Notes under the pieces: generated by a model | Told to the model about the DNA's origin: nothing | What the model saw: only the letters and a program-made list of their open reading frames with translations | The model's database searches: none | Shown: piece after piece, positions 59,902 through 64,000 of the stretch | Position numbering within the stretch: position 1 is the first letter of the stretch | Layout: the number at the start of each line of letters is the position of its first letter | NCBI GenBank assembly: GCA_965601925.1 | Contig: OZ271854.1 | Coordinates: 1,184,001-1,248,000 of the forward strand | Length of the DNA: 64,000 bases | Reading direction: 5' to 3' | DNA from: Alkalispirochaeta sp. | GTDB lineage: Bacteria; Spirochaetota; Spirochaetia; DSM-27196; Alkalispirochaetaceae | Position numbers and translations under genes: made by a program

Positions 59902-61131
59902 TTACGGCCGAATATCGGAGCCCAACGGGTCGTCGATAACCGCTTCCGTCACCATTGCAATCGCCCCTCGAGTGCAGGCGTTGTCCAGAGCGGACACCTC
60001 TACCGCCACGTGCTCATGCGGTCCGACCATCGCCTCACGATTTACGTTGGCGTCGAGCCGATCGACGAAGTACGGGGCGATGGTACGCAACACGCCGCCG
60101 ATAATCACCTTGTCGGGATTGAAGATATTGATCAAATTCGTCACGCCTACGGCCATCTTCGCGCCGACATCCCCCATCATCGCGATCGTCGTGGGATCGC
60201 CGGCTTTGCAAGCGGCCGCGACCATATCGAGTGTCAGTGTGTCGCTGCGGCCACCGCATAACTCGTAGAGCGCGGAGGTATGGTGACGATCGGCCTCCGC
60301 GCGAGCGCGATTGAGGATGACAATCGGCCCGATCTCGGTCTGCCAGCAGCCGCGGCGTCCGCACCGACACCGGTCGCGGGCACCGGTCACCGCCATATGC
60401 CCGATCTCACCGGAGTATCCGGTACGACCGTGAAGGAGATTGCCGTCGACAAAGATACCTCCGCCTATACCGAACTCGCTGGATTCGATATAGACGAAGT
60501 TATCGACACCCTGTCCGACTCCGAAGTATCGCTCGCCCAGAGCGGCTGAGGCGGCGTCGTTGGCCAAGTGGAGCGGATAGGGAAACCGTTGCGCCATCCG
60601 ACGGCCTATCGGTACGGAACGCCACTGCAGATTGGGGGAGAAGGATATGACGCCGTCGTGCACGTCGATCAGACCGGACAGCCCCATACCGATGCCCAGA
60701 ATGGGGAGACGCCTCGCCCGTGCGCGCTTCACGGCCTCGTCGGTCAGCGCCTCTACCAGAGATAGCACGGACTCGACCGCCGGATCGTCAAAATAGACGC
60801 GCTCGCCCCACAGGAGGCCACCCTGAAAATCCGTAAGCCGCGCCGACACGAAGCTGTCTTTGAGCTCGATACCGATACACGCACCGCCGACGGGATTCAG
60901 ATCCAACTCGACGCCCGGCCTGCCGCCGGCGGACCGCCTCACACCGACCTCACGAATCAGACGGCGACGGCTGAGTTTGTCGACGATATTCGTGATCGTG
61001 CCGCGGGTGCTCCCCAAGCGAGCGGCGAGTTCGGCGCGAGTCGTGCCCGGACGCTCCCGGAGGTGTCTCACGATAAGCGAGGCGTTCCGCCGTTGCATCG
61101 CTCCGTGATCTATCGCTCCACCCGGCGTCAC
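59902..61131 (-). CDS. ROK family transcriptional regulator (XylR/NagC-like)
   Basis: TRAELA HTH, GGRP, NDAASAALGE, GIGGG, GEIGH, CRCGRRGC. Confidence 0.93.
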   Translation of the reverse strand: MTPGGAIDHGAMQRRNASLIVRHLRERPGTTRAELAARLGSTRGTITNIVDKLSRRRLIREVGVRRSAGGRPGVELDLNPVGGACIGIELKDSFVSARLTDFQGGLLWGERVYFDDPAVESVLSLVEALTDEAVKRARARRLPILGIGMGLSGLIDVHDGVISFSPNLQWRSVPIGRRMAQRFPYPLHLANDAASAALGERYFGVGQGVDNFVYIESSEFGIGGGIFVDGNLLHGRTGYSGEIGHMAVTGARDRCRCGRRGCWQTEIGPIVILNRARAEADRHHTSALYELCGGRSDTLTLDMVAAACKAGDPTTIAMMGDVGAKMAVGVTNLINIFNPDKVIIGGVLRTIAPYFVDRLDANVNREAMVGPHEHVAVEVSALDNACTRGAIAMVTEAVIDDPLGSDIRP

Positions 61132-61141
61132 TATCGTGTCC

Positions 61142-62305
61142 TCACGCGGCTGCCGCACCGGTACGCTCGAGACCGATAAAGATGCCGAGCGCGAGGACCG
61201 GCACTATGAGCACGGCGACGGGAAGTACCGTCTCGAGACCGTGGAGATCGGAGAGTCCTCCGACGAGGACGGGGAAGCTCAGGATGGCCGTTCCGGAGGC
61301 CATCACGATCCGCGCGCTCGCCGCCTGTTCGCGTAGCGGCACCTCCTTGAGTCCACACTCGAGCGCAACCGGGTAGAGATTGGCGATCCCGAGTCCGATC
61401 AACAGCGCACTCCCGCGCAACAGAGGAATCGTCCGTGCGCTATATACACCGCCGATACCGGCAAAAAAGAGCAGGAGCGCCGCAAAAAACAGTGCGCGCG
61501 CCGATACGACTTTGAGGAGGACGCTCCCGGCCGCACGCCCGGCGAACATACCCACCAGGACGAGGCCGACGACCGCCGCGGAACGGGCGCCGCTCAATGA
61601 GAACGCAGAGCGCAGATAGTCCGGTCCCCAAAAGAGGATGCAGAACTCGACGCCGACGACGAGAAAGACGACCGTCCACCGCAACCAAAAACGCGCACCG
61701 AATGAGACGCGTACCCGCCGTTCTCCGGCGTCTATATCGGGAATCGATACGGAACGCGGAAACACGAGGCGCAACGTAAGCCACACGATACCGGCGACCC
61801 ACAGAGCGGCGCGCCATCCCACGCTTCTGCCGGCAAAAAAGGATACGAGAAACGGCGCGACGATTGAGCACCCGCTTGCGACAAAGTTCGCCTCCGTCAG
61901 CGCCCGCAGACGTCGTTCGGGGTGGTGATTCGTCAGCGCAACGGGAATCAGGGAAAACGTCACCGAACCGAGAGTACCCATTGCGAGCGCAGAGGCGACG
62001 GTAACCGGCGCCGAGCGTCCGGAGGCGAGGCCGAAACAGCCCGCGACGATACCGACGCTACCCATCCAGAAGACTCGCTGCGCGCCAAAACGCCGGGCTA
62101 TCCGCTCACCGAAGGCTCCGGCCACGACCGTACCGGCCGCAAAGGCGCTGAAGTGAAAGCTGCCGACCGTATAGGAGAGTCCCAACTCGTCGCGGAGGAA
62201 CGGTGTGACCGGTCCGAGAATATTCAACGCATAGGCGTAAAATCCCAGCATTGCATAGTTGAGCCACGTGATGCGATCGCGCCGAAACTGCGTAGCGGTA
62301 GTCAC
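61142..62305 (-). CDS. MFS transporter
   Basis: About 12 TM segments; GERIARRFG motif A-like loop. Confidence 0.88.
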   Translation of the reverse strand: MTTATQFRRDRITWLNYAMLGFYAYALNILGPVTPFLRDELGLSYTVGSFHFSAFAAGTVVAGAFGERIARRFGAQRVFWMGSVGIVAGCFGLASGRSAPVTVASALAMGTLGSVTFSLIPVALTNHHPERRLRALTEANFVASGCSIVAPFLVSFFAGRSVGWRAALWVAGIVWLTLRLVFPRSVSIPDIDAGERRVRVSFGARFWLRWTVVFLVVGVEFCILFWGPDYLRSAFSLSGARSAAVVGLVLVGMFAGRAAGSVLLKVVSARALFFAALLLFFAGIGGVYSARTIPLLRGSALLIGLGIANLYPVALECGLKEVPLREQAASARIVMASGTAILSFPVLVGGLSDLHGLETVLPVAVLIVPVLALGIFIGLERTGAAAA

Positions 62306-63945
62306 GCGTGCATACCCGGGAACTCATCGATCAGAATCACACACCCCTCGTCGGCGCGCACGCGTATCGAAGAGCCGCACCGCTCGTCGCGGCGATCCAT
62401 ATGGGTCGAGATTGCCACGATTCCGGCACCCGGCAGCGCCACATCGACCGATGCAACGCCGAAGTTCAGCGCCACGATGATCCGACGCCGCTCGTCTTCC
62501 TGCTCGTAGACGAAGCAATCCTTGCAACTGCCGTGAATCGTACGATAGCCACCGGCGGCGAGCGGCTCGTAGTCGCGGCGGAAGTGGAGTAACTCGCGGG
62601 TAAGGCGGAGCAACGATCGCTCGTCCTCGAGCTGGTCTTCCACGTTGCACGCCGCCGTATCGCCCACCGGTAGCCACGGTTCGTCCGTAGAATCGGAAAA
62701 CCCGCCGGTCGGTGACGCATCCCACTGCATCGGCGTACGCGCCGGATCGCGGCTCAACTCGGGGATTGTCCGCGCCCACGGATCTTGCGCACGCGCGGCC
62801 GGGATCGGGACGTTGGTCATACCGATCTCATCGCCGTAGTAGATGAACGGCGTCCCTCGGAGCGTCAAAAGCAACATCATGGCGACGCGCGCTTGACCGT
62901 CACCCACGTGCGATGCGATGCGCGGCTTGTCGTGGTTGCCCAACACGTAATTGGGCTGTGCAAAGTCGGGTAGCGCCTCCTCGTAGCGCTCCACGAACTC
63001 ACGCACCGTCGAGGCGTCCCACGGCATCCCGATCAGGTTGAAGTTGAACGGGAGATGGACGATGGGGTCCGCCGCGGTTCCGTAGTGGCCGGCGAGGACC
63101 GATAAAGGCGTCGAATACTCGAACTCGCCGATGAGCACCACATCGTCGAACGCATCGGTGGTCTCGCGAATCTCGGTAAGGAGCTCGTGCAATCCCGGTT
63201 GATTGGTGGTGTAGATGTGATCCATGTCGTCCCACGGAAAGTGAACGCTCCCGTCGAGTTTTCGGTGTGCCGACGGGGTCGTTCGCGCCGGCTCGTCGCG
63301 CCACAGTTCATCCTTGAGGAGAAATCCGATCATATCGACGCGAAATCCGTCGACGCCGCGCTCCAACCAAAAGCGCAGAACATCGTGCATCGCACGCCGC
63401 GTCGCCTCATTGCGCCAATTGAGATCCGGCTGATTGGGCGTGAAGGTCGCCAAGAAGTACTGCTCGGTACGCTCGTCCCACACCCACGCCGACTCACCGG
63501 TACTGATGCACAACCAGTTGGTAGGGGGCGATCCGTCGGGTTTGGCGTCCTTCCAGATGTACCGGTCGCGGAACGGATTCTCCCGATCGGAGCGCGACTC
63601 GAGAAACCAACGGTGTTGGTCGGAGGTGTGGTTCGGCACGAAATCGAGAATGATTTTCATGTCTCGCCGATGGGCCTGAGATACCAACTCGTCAAAGTCG
63701 GCAAGGGAACCGAACACCGGATCGATATCGCAATAGTCCGCCACGTCGTAGCCGAAGTCGACCATCGGAGAGGTAAAGATCGGCGAAAGCCAGACACCGC
63801 CGACACCGAGCCACCGGAGGTAGTCCAACCTCCGTACTACACCCGAAAGATCGCCCACTCCGTCACCGTTCGTATCCTGAAACGACCGCGGATAGATCTG
63901 ATAGATCGCCTCGCGTCTCCACCACTCTCTCGTACGGTTCATCAC
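62302..63945 (-). CDS. GH13 alpha-glucosidase/oligo-1,6-glucosidase family
   Basis: YQIYPRSF, VPNHTS, QPDLN, GFRVDM, IGE, LGNHD, RDPARTPMQW. Confidence 0.93.
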   Translation of the reverse strand: MMNRTREWWRREAIYQIYPRSFQDTNGDGVGDLSGVVRRLDYLRWLGVGGVWLSPIFTSPMVDFGYDVADYCDIDPVFGSLADFDELVSQAHRRDMKIILDFVPNHTSDQHRWFLESRSDRENPFRDRYIWKDAKPDGSPPTNWLCISTGESAWVWDERTEQYFLATFTPNQPDLNWRNEATRRAMHDVLRFWLERGVDGFRVDMIGFLLKDELWRDEPARTTPSAHRKLDGSVHFPWDDMDHIYTTNQPGLHELLTEIRETTDAFDDVVLIGEFEYSTPLSVLAGHYGTAADPIVHLPFNFNLIGMPWDASTVREFVERYEEALPDFAQPNYVLGNHDKPRIASHVGDGQARVAMMLLLTLRGTPFIYYGDEIGMTNVPIPAARAQDPWARTIPELSRDPARTPMQWDASPTGGFSDSTDEPWLPVGDTAACNVEDQLEDERSLLRLTRELLHFRRDYEPLAAGGYRTIHGSCKDCFVYEQEDERRRIIVALNFGVASVDVALPGAGIVAISTHMDRRDERCGSSIRVRADEGCVILIDEFPGMHA

Positions 63946-63951
63946 AAAACC

Positions 63952-64000
63952 TCATTCCCTCTCAGCCCTCTCCGCCACGAAACGTGAATCGAAGATATCG
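63952..64000 (-). CDS. 3' end of an upstream gene (partial), possibly an oligopeptide-type ABC permease
   Basis: Reads DIFDSRFVAERAERE* and stops a few nt before the GH13 start. Confidence 0.35.
   Translation of the reverse strand, partial: DIFDSRFVAERAERE

Overview
GC-rich bacterial chromosomal window, probably from a free-living spirochaete (Spirochaetales-style solute-binding protein N-termini such as FASGQDE and FAGGGQED; this is inference). It is densely coding (about 55 CDS) and dominated by transport and catabolic modules. I found no rRNA, tRNA, CRISPR array, transposase or integrase. Main blocks: (1) an AraC-linked carbohydrate locus with a cytoplasmic GH39 that keeps the active-site signature of animal alpha-L-iduronidase, a CUT1 ABC importer, a Zn-dehydrogenase and an agarase-like protein, the last two sharing an upstream 37-bp motif; (2) small stress/detox genes and a decayed flavin amine oxidase; (3) an ABC-2 exporter operon with a frameshifted permease and a VanX-like dipeptidase; (4) an orphan sugar ABC operon whose operator matches that of a LacI/GH31/lactonase/SDR operon 24 kb away at 23 of 25 nt; (5) the best candidate for an undescribed system: a dCache-HAMP adenylate cyclase, two family-3 binding proteins, a divergent DAACS symporter and a D-Ala-D-X ligase-like gene, converging on a nucleotide-transporter-like membrane protein with two cNMP-binding domains; (6) an Fe/phosphoester-type ABC operon plus histidine phosphatase lying between an intact small gene and its decayed copy; (7) a second ABC-2 exporter preceded by a Val-rich uORF, a structured leader and a terminator; (8) a GH13-MFS-ROK operon. 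All functional calls come from motif recognition by eye. No database search was run, and many start codons were chosen by RBS inspection.
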